A stretch of 35,368 nucleotides of DNA from a virus. Its lineage: Duplodnaviria; Heunggongvirae; Uroviricota; Caudoviricetes. A program made the position numbers and the translations under genes. Below the pieces are notes generated by a model. The model saw only the letters and a list, made by a program, of their open reading frames with translations. It did no database searches and had not been told where the DNA came from. Shown one piece after another: positions 1 to 8,714 of this stretch (the first letter of the stretch is position 1; the number at the start of each line of letters is the position of its first letter). The stretch lies in IMG/VR virus record IMGVR_UViG_2740892269_000014. The stretch is one strand, 5' to 3'.

Positions 1-573
1 ATGTTTTGCGAAGAAAAAGTAGCTCAAATGGCTGCATACCTACTTCTTAAGCGAGGTGGGCGCATGGCATATCTGAAATTGATGAAGCTGCTCTATCTGT
101 CTAACCGCAAGTCGATTTTGAAGCATGGCAGGATGATCGGCGAAGATAGCCTTTACTCTATGAAATTTGGTCCAGTCATGTCGAATACGCTGAACTTGAT
201 TCGTGGTAAGGCTGAAGGCATTGGTGACTACTGGTACAACTTGATAGAGACGAACGGGCATGATGTGTTGTTGCGTTCAGATCCGAGGGAAATGGATGCA
301 GACGAGGTCTTTGATGAGTTGAGCCGTGCAGATATCCGGATTTTAGATGAAATCTATTCTCTGTATGGGCATATGAACCGATTTGATCTCGCAAACATGA
401 CGCATTTAGAAAGCGTTTGTCCAGAGTGGCACAATCCTGGCAATTCTCGTAAGCCTATAGACCTGAAAGAAATGCTGATCAGTGAGGGTAAAAGCGAGGA
501 TGAGGCTAATCGTATAATTGGCAAAATGGAAGAATCTCAGAAACTTAAGGAATTTTCTTTGCAATTATCATGA
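1..573 (+). CDS. Panacea-domain (DUF4065) protein, putative PanA/SocA-like antitoxin; may be 5'-truncated by the window edge
   Basis: 190-aa ORF with the motif YLKLMKLLYLSNR...MKFGPV, matching the KLxKLLYY...GPV signature of Panacea/DUF4065 as I remember it; its stop overlaps the next ATG (ATGA at 570-573). Confidence 0.5.
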   Translation: MFCEEKVAQMAAYLLLKRGGRMAYLKLMKLLYLSNRKSILKHGRMIGEDSLYSMKFGPVMSNTLNLIRGKAEGIGDYWYNLIETNGHDVLLRSDPREMDADEVFDELSRADIRILDEIYSLYGHMNRFDLANMTHLESVCPEWHNPGNSRKPIDLKEMLISEGKSEDEANRIIGKMEESQKLKEFSLQLS

Positions 574-989
574 CGGATTATCAGCCATACAGGAAAGGAA
601 CTGTGCTTGCCCCAACTGGGCCATGCAATCATCTTCATGTGATTTGTAATGATCCTGTTTATTACCCCGTTAACGATTGTTATTGTGTTTTAGTTGTTAA
701 TATTTCTAGTATCAAGGATGGTGTCCCCCACGATCCGTCTTGCGTCTTGAATTCTGGTGATCATCGCTTTATCAAGCATCCAAGTTATGTTGTTTACGCT
801 GAAGCTATAATTTGGCGAGTGGATAACATGGTTAGAAAGCAGCGATCGGGTGAGATTTCTGTTCATGATGATATGCCAGAAGCTACATTCAATAGAATTC
901 TGGACGGTTTTGATATATCTGATGAAGTTACGCCAAAGAACCTTAAATTTAAAAATAAATATTGCGTATCATCTATTGATGATGAGTAA
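570..989 (+). CDS. hypothetical Cys/His-rich protein, candidate toxin partner of the upstream Panacea gene
   Basis: 139-aa ORF translationally coupled to the upstream gene by a 4-nt overlap; AT-rich; no family recognised. Confidence 0.4.
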   Translation: MTDYQPYRKGTVLAPTGPCNHLHVICNDPVYYPVNDCYCVLVVNISSIKDGVPHDPSCVLNSGDHRFIKHPSYVVYAEAIIWRVDNMVRKQRSGEISVHDDMPEATFNRILDGFDISDEVTPKNLKFKNKYCVSSIDDE

Positions 990-1028
990 ACAACAGGAAT
1001 TTTTTCGGTATAGCTTCTGGAGTTTTCT

Positions 1029-1202
1029 ATGAAAGATCAAAAAGCAACCAAGCCACAGGTTAAGTTCGACACAATGAAAGCATTCGCAGGTATGGGGGCT
1101 GCTGTTGAAGTTCTGATGAAGGCTGTTCCTAATGCGTTCACTCACGCTACTGTCTCTGGTAAAGAGCAGCAGGGTAAGCTTCGTCGTCGCAAAGCAGCAT
1201 GA
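1029..1202 (+). CDS. small hypothetical protein (57 aa)
   Basis: ATG at 1029 preceded by GGAG (1017-1020); stop TGA at 1200-1202; hydrophobic core with a basic tail (KLRRRKAA); followed directly by a terminator. Below the size cutoff of the ORF track. Confidence 0.3.
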   Translation: MKDQKATKPQVKFDTMKAFAGMGAAVEVLMKAVPNAFTHATVSGKEQQGKLRRRKAA

Positions 1203-1221
1203 TCATAGCTGGTGCTTTTTG

Positions 1222-1248
1222 AAAACCCGCCTTCAGGCGGGTTTTTTC
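1222..1248. terminator. bidirectional intrinsic terminator between convergent genes
   Basis: aaacccgcc-ttca-ggcgggttt hairpin with an A-tract upstream and T-tract downstream. Confidence 0.7.
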
Positions 1249-1249
1249 T

Positions 1250-1558
1250 TTAGTGATGTTCTTTGCCCTTCTGTTTGACTGTTCTGACCTGTTCCCACTC
1301 GATACGTCCTTCTTCTCGCCTTTTGTCTATGTATTCCGCAAGATCCTGAATATTGATGCAACGTTTTGCTTTTTGTGATGTGCCGATGCGATATGTTGGA
1401 ACGGGCAACTTACAAGCGTTTGCTTTTGCTTCTGCCGTGGCTGGACTCATACCAAAGTACTTTTGGCTAATTGCTGAGAGTTCAATGTTTGGGGTATTGA
1501 ATTCAGCCATCAGTAAAAACAAGGTGTTCATAATTTTCTCCATCAAAACCGGCTGCAC
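1250..1558 (-). CDS. excisionase-like DNA-binding protein (PrtN/Xis-like family)
   Basis: Motif SQKYFGMSPATAEAKANACKLPVPTYRIGTSQKAKRCINIQDLAEYIDKRR resembles PrtN/excisionase-like proteins; last gene of the minus-strand early operon. True start may be an internal Met (about 1510). Confidence 0.5.
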   Translation of the reverse strand: MQPVLMEKIMNTLFLLMAEFNTPNIELSAISQKYFGMSPATAEAKANACKLPVPTYRIGTSQKAKRCINIQDLAEYIDKRREEGRIEWEQVRTVKQKGKEHH

Positions 1559-1567
1559 CCGGGAAAA

Positions 1568-2140
1568 TCATAATTCTGTGCTGGTGGCAGGAATTAATTT
1601 CTGCCAGATAGCGGAAACATATTTTGCCTGATGACGGGCATCAGCTATGGCGTTGTGCCGTTCGCCATCGAAAGGCATGTCCATTTTGGGGTCGAATCCG
1701 ATGGAACGCCCAAGTGTAACGATCGTGCGTACATCGTGGTCATTCCAGTACGCCCACGGGCAGATTTGTCCTGCTCGCTCATAAGCTCCACGTAAAATTA
1801 CGTTGTCGAAGGTGGCTCCGTTACCCCAGACTTTTAAATATTTCGTATTGTCTGCGTGCCGGTTAATGAAATGGTTTAGTTCTGAGAGAGCATCGCTGAT
1901 CGACAAAGTATCATCAATACAGATTGCAGCTCGCGCTTCAGGGCTTTGTTTCAACCACCACAGGATGGTATCGCCGTCAGGTGTAGCTCCTTGCTTCATA
2001 GCACTGTCTAGGCTGACAACCGCATAGAATTCTTGTCCGATGTCTCCGGTTTCTGGAGTGAAGAACACCGCGCCAATGGAAACGATCGGTGCATCCTTAT
2101 TTTTCCCCATCGTCTCAAGGTCGATCATTAAGTTGTTCAT
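1568..2140 (-). CDS. 3'-5' exonuclease, DEDD/DnaQ-like
   Basis: Start chosen at MNNLMIDLETMG (Exo I-like D-x-E motif), ATG at 2138-2140 overlapping the upstream stop (ATGA); about 190 aa. Confidence 0.6.
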   Translation of the reverse strand: MNNLMIDLETMGKNKDAPIVSIGAVFFTPETGDIGQEFYAVVSLDSAMKQGATPDGDTILWWLKQSPEARAAICIDDTLSISDALSELNHFINRHADNTKYLKVWGNGATFDNVILRGAYERAGQICPWAYWNDHDVRTIVTLGRSIGFDPKMDMPFDGERHNAIADARHQAKYVSAIWQKLIPATSTEL

Positions 2141-2658
2141 CACTTCACCTCCTGCGGCGGTTCTGGTAGAGGCATCCAATTGATTACATCGCATTTAGGG
2201 ATGCTGATATCATCACCAAGCCACCCTTGACCTTCAGACCAGCATTGCACGTAATACCCGTATTCTGTGTTCACTACGCACCACTGCGCGTCGTTCGGCA
2301 TTCGATCACTACAGCTTATCCAACTATCCGGAGTTCCCGGATAGTTGCCATTTACATCGAAGTTTGGCTCTGCGTCCTGAACCAGGAGGATGTAACCATT
2401 CTTGGCAGTATCAAGTTCTAACGCCTCGGTGACGGTGCCGAAATAGCGATTACCTAAATCAGCATCACAAGTGCTTACATCAATGGAAACCTCCATGCCT
2501 TCGATTAATTCTGGCAAGTTGTAAGTTTGGCTTACAGGTTCTGCTCCCAGCGATGCCAGTGCAATCCGTGCCAGTTCCATTTGTTCGCCACGGGTAAGCC
2601 CGTTATCAAGCGGATTTTTAATGAATAATTCGATACGTTCTTTGGTAATAGTGGTCAT
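2140..2658 (-). CDS. DUF551-like phage protein
   Basis: 172-aa ORF with C-terminal W-rich motif ending INWMPLPEPP, typical of DUF551. Confidence 0.5.
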   Translation of the reverse strand: MTTITKERIELFIKNPLDNGLTRGEQMELARIALASLGAEPVSQTYNLPELIEGMEVSIDVSTCDADLGNRYFGTVTEALELDTAKNGYILLVQDAEPNFDVNGNYPGTPDSWISCSDRMPNDAQWCVVNTEYGYYVQCWSEGQGWLGDDISIPKCDVINWMPLPEPPQEVK

Positions 2659-2660
2659 AG

Positions 2661-2852
2661 CTATTTCACCTTAATCTCAACATTTCGCAGCTTTAGCTCT
2701 ACTGGCAGGTCTGACTTTCCTGTTAATGCTAATGCGAGATTTTCTGGGGTAATGAGAGCAGTTATTGCTTTCCCCATTGCCAGACGAATAATTATTCGTA
2801 TTTCGCGATCGTCACATGCTCCTGGTCGAACAATTGATATCTGTCCGTTCAT
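2661..2852 (-). CDS. hypothetical small phage protein
   Basis: ORF in the operon; start taken at the internal Met (MNGQISIV) immediately after the Ea22-like stop. Confidence 0.35.
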   Translation of the reverse strand: MNGQISIVRPGACDDREIRIIIRLAMGKAITALITPENLALALTGKSDLPVELKLRNVEIKVK

Positions 2853-2853
2853 C

Positions 2854-3612
2854 TCACTTTCCTTTGATGCGAATGCCAGCGGCACGGGAATCATTCCATC
2901 GCTTTACTTCTTCACGAATTACGTCAATGCATTCTTTCGAATCCATTAGGTAATCTTCATCAAAAAGCCTTTCCTGTTCGTTTTCTATCGCAACAATGAT
3001 TGCTTCAACTAACTTTTGTGCCTGAGAACCACTTTCTAACTCTGCAATGCGCTTCTCTGCGGCTTCCAGCTTCTCGCGCATATCGTCAACGTACTCGACC
3101 AGAGATCCGCCAGCAGGAATTTCGCACTCCTCGACCAGTTGGAAGTAGATATCAGCTGCGGCCCGTGTGTTGCTATGCCTAGCGTCGCCCATCTCACCTT
3201 CACGAAGAGCATCGCGTTCGGCGGTAAGATTGGCTATTTTGCTGTCTTTGCCTTCAAGCTCAACGCGCAGCTTCCCTACCGTTAGCGCAATATCCTCGTT
3301 CTCCTGGTCACGGCGTTTGATGTATTGCTGGTTTCTTTCCCGTTCATCCAGCAGCGCCTGCACTACTTCAGGGTTGAAAGCTGCGATATAACGAGCGTTG
3401 TTCTCTGCGTTGTTCTGTCCATCAAAGCCGGTCCATTTGATAACGTCTTCACATCGTTTATCACCAGGTGTATGCACCGCATATGTACCAGTACCAGACG
3501 AAATAAATGCGACCCATTCACCCTGTGTTGCCAGTTGCGCCGCTTTACGCAGTGCCTGATAGTCAATCTTGCTCACTGGTTGCCTCCTTTGCGGATCTGC
3601 GCTGCGATGCAC
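2854..3612 (-). CDS. Ea22-like early protein (start uncertain)
   Basis: Coiled-coil-rich ORF with C-terminal motif DSKECIDVIREEVKRWNDS, recalled from lambdoid Ea22-like proteins; N-terminus may start at the internal VSKIDYQALRKAAQ. Confidence 0.45.
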   Translation of the reverse strand: MHRSADPQRRQPVSKIDYQALRKAAQLATQGEWVAFISSGTGTYAVHTPGDKRCEDVIKWTGFDGQNNAENNARYIAAFNPEVVQALLDERERNQQYIKRRDQENEDIALTVGKLRVELEGKDSKIANLTAERDALREGEMGDARHSNTRAAADIYFQLVEECEIPAGGSLVEYVDDMREKLEAAEKRIAELESGSQAQKLVEAIIVAIENEQERLFDEDYLMDSKECIDVIREEVKRWNDSRAAGIRIKGK

Positions 3613-3812
3613 GAAAAAAAAGACTCCCGCGTATGACTGTTAAGAGCTGGCGCGAACGCTGCGTTAAGAACGGCAGCATCACAGCCGTCATCGATATAGA
3701 GCGCAATTTTTTTCTCCAGGCGTGCTTTGGCTTCCTGCAACTGCATACCCCGGCACGCACGTGGGATATACTCAGCAATTTGAGCGATAGATTTTTCGTT
3801 CTGTTTAAACAT
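3573..3812 (-). CDS. hypothetical small phage protein
   Basis: 79-aa ORF in the minus-strand operon with short overlaps to its neighbours. Confidence 0.35.
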   Translation of the reverse strand: MFKQNEKSIAQIAEYIPRACRGMQLQEAKARLEKKIALYIDDGCDAAVLNAAFAPALNSHTRESFFSCIAAQIRKGGNQ

Positions 3813-4008
3813 GCTTCACCTCGATCGGCTTGATGGTATCGATCAGCAGTCGGCGGCGAGTATTTTCTGCAAAGTGGCGGCGTCCGGTTTCTTTGTGGTA
3901 AAACTCGTTTTTTCCGACGACCCACATCCGCTTTGTCTGGTGCAGTTTTTTTACCTGCGGACCGTCTCGGGTGATAACAATTCCTGTATGAGTTTTTATC
4001 ACGCTCAT
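3805..4008 (-). CDS. hypothetical small phage protein
   Basis: 67-aa ORF, 4-nt overlap with the upstream gene. Confidence 0.35.
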   Translation of the reverse strand: MSVIKTHTGIVITRDGPQVKKLHQTKRMWVVGKNEFYHKETGRRHFAENTRRRLLIDTIKPIEVKHV

Positions 4009-4367
4009 TTCTTATTCTCCGGTGCTTTTGGCATTACTGCCCAGTGAGTGATATTGACGTTTTCAAGGTCCCCGACCTGAAATGTCCACTGCCATTCTCC
4101 GGTTTCTTTTTGTCCCCAGGTGTACCAGAGGGAACGCCAGCCAATCAGCCAGCCTTCTCCGTTAGCATCAAATAACAGAACACTTTCATTTGCTGGCGGC
4201 AGTTCAGCTGACACTGGTATTATTTTGTTTTCCAGTGCCGCACATTTAGCTTCAAGCGCGTCGAATTTACGTACCAGGTACTCGGCATTTGTTTCGTTCA
4301 CTTTCAGATCTCGCGGTACACATTTTCCGCGAAGAAACCCTTCCATTTCGAAAACATTCATGCGCAT
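4005..4367 (-). CDS. DUF551 phage protein
   Basis: 120-aa ORF; C-terminal GWLIGWRSLWYTWG...ITHWAVMPKAPE is DUF551-like. Confidence 0.5.
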   Translation of the reverse strand: MRMNVFEMEGFLRGKCVPRDLKVNETNAEYLVRKFDALEAKCAALENKIIPVSAELPPANESVLLFDANGEGWLIGWRSLWYTWGQKETGEWQWTFQVGDLENVNITHWAVMPKAPENKK

Positions 4368-4894
4368 TTGCGTAACTCCGATAACTCGTTAAAACGTTCC
4401 ATAAACATCCCGTAGGCATGGCCCGGTGCCAGTGGAATCACGTTGAACATCTCTGTTGCCGGGATGCCTTCCAGTACAGGCCAGAAAGAGCCATCATCAA
4501 GCCCGAGATCGCGGCGTTCGGTTGCCAGCATGATGAGATCGGCATATTTCACAGGTGTGCTCATAACCGGGGGTAACCCGTATTTCTCACGGATTACGGC
4601 ATCTATTTTTTCTTCCATCCGTTTATAGTCAGGAAGAAGGCGTTTCAGTGGAGCGGGGATGTCCTGGCAATATGCTTCTGTTGCATCATGCATTAACGCT
4701 TCAAAAGCAAATTCCTGCGGTACCAGCTGGCTGCAAAGCACCGCATGCTGGGCGACACTGTAGAAGTGTGAAAGATGTCCTGCAAAGCGACAGATATTTG
4801 AAAGGGAAACCGCGATATCGTTAATAACGATGTCATCTTTATTTATCTTGTCATAATAAAAATGCTTCCCGGAAAAAGTTTTAATAAATGACAT
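4358..4894 (-). CDS. HD-domain phosphohydrolase (YfdR/YfbR-like 5'-deoxynucleotidase family)
   Basis: H...HD...D metal-binding motif (SVAQHAVLC...LMHDATEAY...D); start taken at MSFIKTF. Confidence 0.65.
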   Translation of the reverse strand: MSFIKTFSGKHFYYDKINKDDIVINDIAVSLSNICRFAGHLSHFYSVAQHAVLCSQLVPQEFAFEALMHDATEAYCQDIPAPLKRLLPDYKRMEEKIDAVIREKYGLPPVMSTPVKYADLIMLATERRDLGLDDGSFWPVLEGIPATEMFNVIPLAPGHAYGMFMERFNELSELRKCA

Positions 4895-5021
4895 TTTGTT
4901 CTCCACGTATATGCGCTGCACCGCGCTGAATTCTGGTAAAAGGAAGCCCTCACCATCCGGTGATTATTGAGTTAATTACGTTTCCATAAATGCCCCCGCA
5001 GGGGCATTTGCAGTAATGAAA

Positions 5022-5846
5022 TCAGGCGGTGAAAGTACCAATAAAGGTTTCTACTTTGCTGTCTTTGAATTTCTCAACAAGCAGATCACGAAATTCGTTA
5101 GCCATTTCTTCCTGCACCGCTTCCAGCTGAATAATGCGCAGAACCAGTACAGGACGATCGCCAGTGATAATGCTGAGGCGTAATTTAAATGGACGTTCTT
5201 CCAGACCTTCAAACGGAACGCATTTAAATTCAAATGCCACTGGCATAATATCTTTGGTCTTCGCTTCGACAGACTCCATCAGGGAGCGTTTGCCGCTGAA
5301 GTCATTATCTTCAAAATCAGCGGTCTGGTTTGCTTCAATCGTGATTTTACGGACAGCCGCAGCCGCTTTTGTTGCCTGAATAGCGTCACCATTAGCATCA
5401 AAGCCTACAAGGTAGTCGGCCCAGTCTTCAATCCATTCTGCCAGTGACTTCTGGGAGTTACGCTCGCCGTTAACAGACAACAGAGCAGAGAACGGTGCTG
5501 TCTTTTTCAGTTTGAGAGTGGCGGTGTTATCTGCGTGACCTGGTTCATCAATAGTACCCAGGTTAAGCACACTGACGGCACGCATATTATCAGCATCGAT
5601 AAAGCAGCGGGTGCCTTCATCTGCAAGATCTTTAGAATAACGGGTAAAGTCATCGATGCTGGCAGTGGAAAGCGCACCACGGAAACGGAAGCGATTTAAA
5701 TTAAATTTTTCCAGATCATGAATGCGGAAGTTCTCAGGCAATGCCACAGCATCGGCACCAATCTTACTGATAATTTCATTAACACCCTGAGCAGAAATAA
5801 GGGCATGGATTTGATTAATTGCGGTTGCGTCTAAGTTCTGAGACAT
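5022..5846 (-). CDS. YfdQ-like (DUF2303-type) protein of unknown function
   Basis: 274-aa ORF directly upstream of the HD phosphohydrolase, the same arrangement and size as the yfdQ-yfdR pair of E. coli CPS-53; assignment is from memory. Confidence 0.45.
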   Translation of the reverse strand: MSQNLDATAINQIHALISAQGVNEIISKIGADAVALPENFRIHDLEKFNLNRFRFRGALSTASIDDFTRYSKDLADEGTRCFIDADNMRAVSVLNLGTIDEPGHADNTATLKLKKTAPFSALLSVNGERNSQKSLAEWIEDWADYLVGFDANGDAIQATKAAAAVRKITIEANQTADFEDNDFSGKRSLMESVEAKTKDIMPVAFEFKCVPFEGLEERPFKLRLSIITGDRPVLVLRIIQLEAVQEEMANEFRDLLVEKFKDSKVETFIGTFTA

Positions 5847-5911
5847 AATAAGTCCTCACTATATTAAGATATTCAGTGATGAGATAAATAATCAGTTAAT
5901 TAAGAACGATA

Positions 5912-6274
5912 TTAATGACCTGCTGCGCGGAGTTTTCCGTCAGGCTCACCGGCAAGAGTCAGTAATTGTCCCTGGTCTTCCTGCAGAATAGTCAGGCGAC
6001 CACCGCGATTGACATACATCGGCGTTTCGGTGGTGTCTTCTTCGGAAATTTTCCCGCGGTTAGTCGGGCGAACATATGAGAGTTTGTGTTTGATTTTCAC
6101 ACGGTTCTCATCAAACGGTTCGATTTCCAGGTTGAGCGAGACCTTACCTTTGGTTTTCGTGTTCATCACACCGGAAGCGACTTCACTGAGAACTGCGCCG
6201 ATTTTGGTTTCAAATACGCCGCCGTCCAGCTCCCCGATAAATGCCTGCACATCAGTACTGCGTTCGCTAGCCAT
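5912..6274 (-). CDS. hypothetical early protein (first gene of the leftward operon)
   Basis: Start at ATG 6272-6274 (MASERSTDVQ...) with GAGGAG RBS 6 nt upstream; 120 aa. Confidence 0.5.
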   Translation of the reverse strand: MASERSTDVQAFIGELDGGVFETKIGAVLSEVASGVMNTKTKGKVSLNLEIEPFDENRVKIKHKLSYVRPTNRGKISEEDTTETPMYVNRGGRLTILQEDQGQLLTLAGEPDGKLRAAGH

Positions 6275-6880
6275 TTGCTGCTCCTCATCATATCGACCCT
6301 GCAAGGTCGGTTGGTTTCTCCACAAAACAGAGAAGAACACCTGCGGTGCAGCCGCCCGGATGGATTGGGTTATGAGCCCGTCGTCCGGTGATGCTCTTCT
6401 CTGTTTTGTAAAAAGAGCGGTACCAGCCGGAAGCAAGTGTACAAACTGGTACCGCCAAAGCAGTGGCTGTTGTGGTGGGGTTGTCACTCAGGCGTATGGT
6501 CAACCTGACAATCCGGTGTCCTCAACGGGGAAAGAGTAACCCCGCCATACTTACCGCCGCGCCATTTCGCGGATTACCACAACGCTGAGAGCACTTAGCC
6601 AGTTACGGCACCACACTTTGTCGCGGTTCCATAAATGCCATCATCGTTGCACCCTGGTCTCTTCCCAGGCGTCAAACCGAATCGCCACGCTGGTTAGGCG
6701 TCTTATCAGCATCCTCATTGACTTGCACATTCCGGCTACCTGGTTTGTTTGCCCGAGCAAGGAGTGGATTGTCCCCTTTAACGTCCCCAGACCGCTAACG
6801 ACGCATGTGCCATACGCCGTGTTACAACCAAATTTTGTCAGGACCTTGTTTGTTGGTCTGGAAAGAAAGATAAAATGAAA

Positions 6881-6918
6881 TTGCGTAACGTGCAAGTATT
6901 TTATTGCGAGACATGCAA
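6881..6918. promoter_or_regulatory. candidate left operator pair with overlapping pL-like promoter
   Basis: Two 15-mers, TTGCGTAACGTGCAA (6881-6895) and TTGCGAGACATGCAA (6904-6918), share the TTGCG-N5-xGCAA pattern with the 15-mer in the cI-cro intergenic region; minus-strand -35 TTGCAC and -10 TATCTT lie around 6867-6895. Confidence 0.35.
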
Positions 6919-6931
6919 TAGCGTGAGTAAT

Positions 6932-6952
6932 GAAAAGCCACCTTCTGGTGGC
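6932..6952 (-). terminator. intrinsic terminator downstream of the repressor gene
   Basis: gccacc-ttct-ggtggc hairpin followed on the minus strand by TTTTC. Confidence 0.5.
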
Positions 6953-6974
6953 TAATTGATGTTGAGGTAGGGGG

Positions 6975-7667
6975 TTAATTGTGTCGCTTAAGGGTTTGTG
7001 ACTGACTGATTAAGACCTTTCCAAAGACCATAAACCGGTGTTCGTTTTCGCTGGTAATTCCCCATTCGCGGTAAATCTGATTATCAGAAATTACCAGCAG
7101 TTTATCAGGTATCATTTGCAGTCGTTTGACGTAAATTTTATCATCAAAACCAAATACATATATACCATCCCCATCAAACTGATTGATACTGATATCAACG
7201 AAGATGAGATCTCCTGGCTCAATGGTTGGACACATACTGTCCCCACGAACGTTGATAACTTTAATGTGATTTGCTGGTCGTCCACCAAACATCGATACAG
7301 CATTATCAGTTCTGTATTCAATGGCATGAATCACATCAATGACATCACCGCCCTGGATAAGGCCATTTCCCGCACTGGCACTGACATCCAGCATTTCAAT
7401 ACGGAATACATCCTTCACCTGCGCAACATCCTCACTAATACTGTTTTTACATACAGTATTACTTTTGAGGTCTGAGGTAAAGAGATCAGCAATATCAACA
7501 CCTAAGCTCCTGGCAATATTACTCAGGGCTTGTTCAGTGAATTGTTTCTGCTTACCTGTTTCGAGGCGCGAGATATTCGCCGCATCCACTCCTATTGCTT
7601 CAGCGAGATCGGCGATTTTCATGTTCTTCGCCTGGCGAAGTTGTCTGACTCGATTTCCTATGTTCAT
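6975..7667 (-). CDS. CI-like prophage repressor (HTH-XRE plus S24 LexA-like peptidase domain)
   Basis: N-terminal HTH (RVRQLRQAKNMKIADLAEAIGVDAANISRLE) and C-terminal S24 motifs (GDSMCPTI...KRLQ); divergent from the cro-like gene. Confidence 0.8.
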   Translation of the reverse strand: MNIGNRVRQLRQAKNMKIADLAEAIGVDAANISRLETGKQKQFTEQALSNIARSLGVDIADLFTSDLKSNTVCKNSISEDVAQVKDVFRIEMLDVSASAGNGLIQGGDVIDVIHAIEYRTDNAVSMFGGRPANHIKVINVRGDSMCPTIEPGDLIFVDISINQFDGDGIYVFGFDDKIYVKRLQMIPDKLLVISDNQIYREWGITSENEHRFMVFGKVLISQSQTLKRHN

Positions 7668-7764
7668 GCGTTTATTACATTTCTTTATTGCGCGTTAAGC
7701 AAATCAACTTGCGCAAAATATTTGCGTGAAATAATATGCTCATCACGCAATATGTGGAGGTTAT
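7668..7764. promoter_or_regulatory. immunity-region operator/promoter (oR, pR, pRM-like)
   Basis: Repeated TTGCG/CGCAA half-sites: TTGCGCGTTAAGCAA 7688-7702, palindrome TTGCGCAA 7709-7716, TTGCGTGA 7722-7729 and TCACGCAA 7743-7750. Candidate pR is -35 TTGCGC (7709-7714), 17-nt spacer, -10 TAATAT (7732-7737); GGAGG RBS at 7756-7760. Confidence 0.5.
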
Positions 7765-8025
7765 ATGCAATCACCATTACGGAATGTGCGTAAGGCGCAC
7801 GGATTTACTTTGCAGCATGTTGCTGCGGGCGTTCAGGTCAATCCAGCGACGCTGAGTCGTATTGAAAGACTGGAACAAATTCCATCTATCGATCTTGCAG
7901 AACGTCTGGCCAATTTTTTTAAGGGTGAAATCAGCGAAATGCAGATTCTTTATCCGGCACGTTTTCAATCTAGCCAAAACCAGAATGGGTTTAAACCACA
8001 GGAACAGGAGGTAAGCCGTGGGTAA
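7765..8025 (+). CDS. Cro-like HTH regulator
   Basis: 86-aa ORF with an HTH-XRE motif (FTLQHVAAGVQVNPATLSRIER), first gene of the rightward operon. Confidence 0.65.
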   Translation: MQSPLRNVRKAHGFTLQHVAAGVQVNPATLSRIERLEQIPSIDLAERLANFFKGEISEMQILYPARFQSSQNQNGFKPQEQEVSRG

Positions 8026-8569
8026 GCATCATTGGAAAGTGGAAAAACAACCCGAGTGGTACGTGAAAGCTGTCAGAAAAACTATCGCGGCATTGCCTGG
8101 GGGTTACGCTGAAGCTGCTGACTGGCTGGATGTAACAGAGAACGCTTTATTCAACCGCCTTCGTGCAGATGGCGATCAGATTTTCCCGCTGGGATGGGCA
8201 ATGGTTTTACAGCGTGCTGGTGGCACTCACTTCATTGCTGACGCTGTGGCGCAGTCTGCAAATGGCGTCTTTGTGTCTCTTCCTGACGTCGAGGATGTGG
8301 ACAACGCCGATATCAACCAACGCCTGCTGGAAGTCATTGAACAGATCGGCAGTTATTCAAAACAGATTCGTTCAGCAATTGAAGACGGTGTAGTGGAACC
8401 GCATGAGAAGACAGCAATTAATGATGAATTGTATCTGTCAATTTCGAAGCTCCAGGAGCATGCGGCACTGGTCTACAAAATTTTCTGCGCTCCAGAAAAG
8501 AGTGACGCCCGCGAGTGTGCAGCTCCGGGCGTCGTGGCGTTTTGTGTCTGTGGAGAAACTAACGCATGA
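8018..8569 (+). CDS. CII-like / YdaT-family regulatory protein (putative)
   Basis: 183-aa ORF immediately after the cro-like gene with an 8-nt overlap; position and size fit CII functional analogues; identity is from memory. Confidence 0.4.
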   Translation: MGKHHWKVEKQPEWYVKAVRKTIAALPGGYAEAADWLDVTENALFNRLRADGDQIFPLGWAMVLQRAGGTHFIADAVAQSANGVFVSLPDVEDVDNADINQRLLEVIEQIGSYSKQIRSAIEDGVVEPHEKTAINDELYLSISKLQEHAALVYKIFCAPEKSDARECAAPGVVAFCVCGETNA

Positions 8570-8714
8570 ACAGTTTAACGGCAAATAACCGTTTGTCGCA
8601 ACAGCTGGTGGTCAGTGTCGCTGCACACCTGTTGTTACGGCATGAATGCAGATTACCAAATCACCTGGCTGTAAGTAACCACAGAGAACTTTACCTGACT
8701 GTGGGGGGCGAGTT

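Noticed and set aside
6009-6539. Plus-strand 176-aa ORF overlapping the first early-left gene and its leader
   Set aside because: It is antisense to a gene with a good RBS and start, has Ser-rich low-complexity translation and no RBS; judged spurious.
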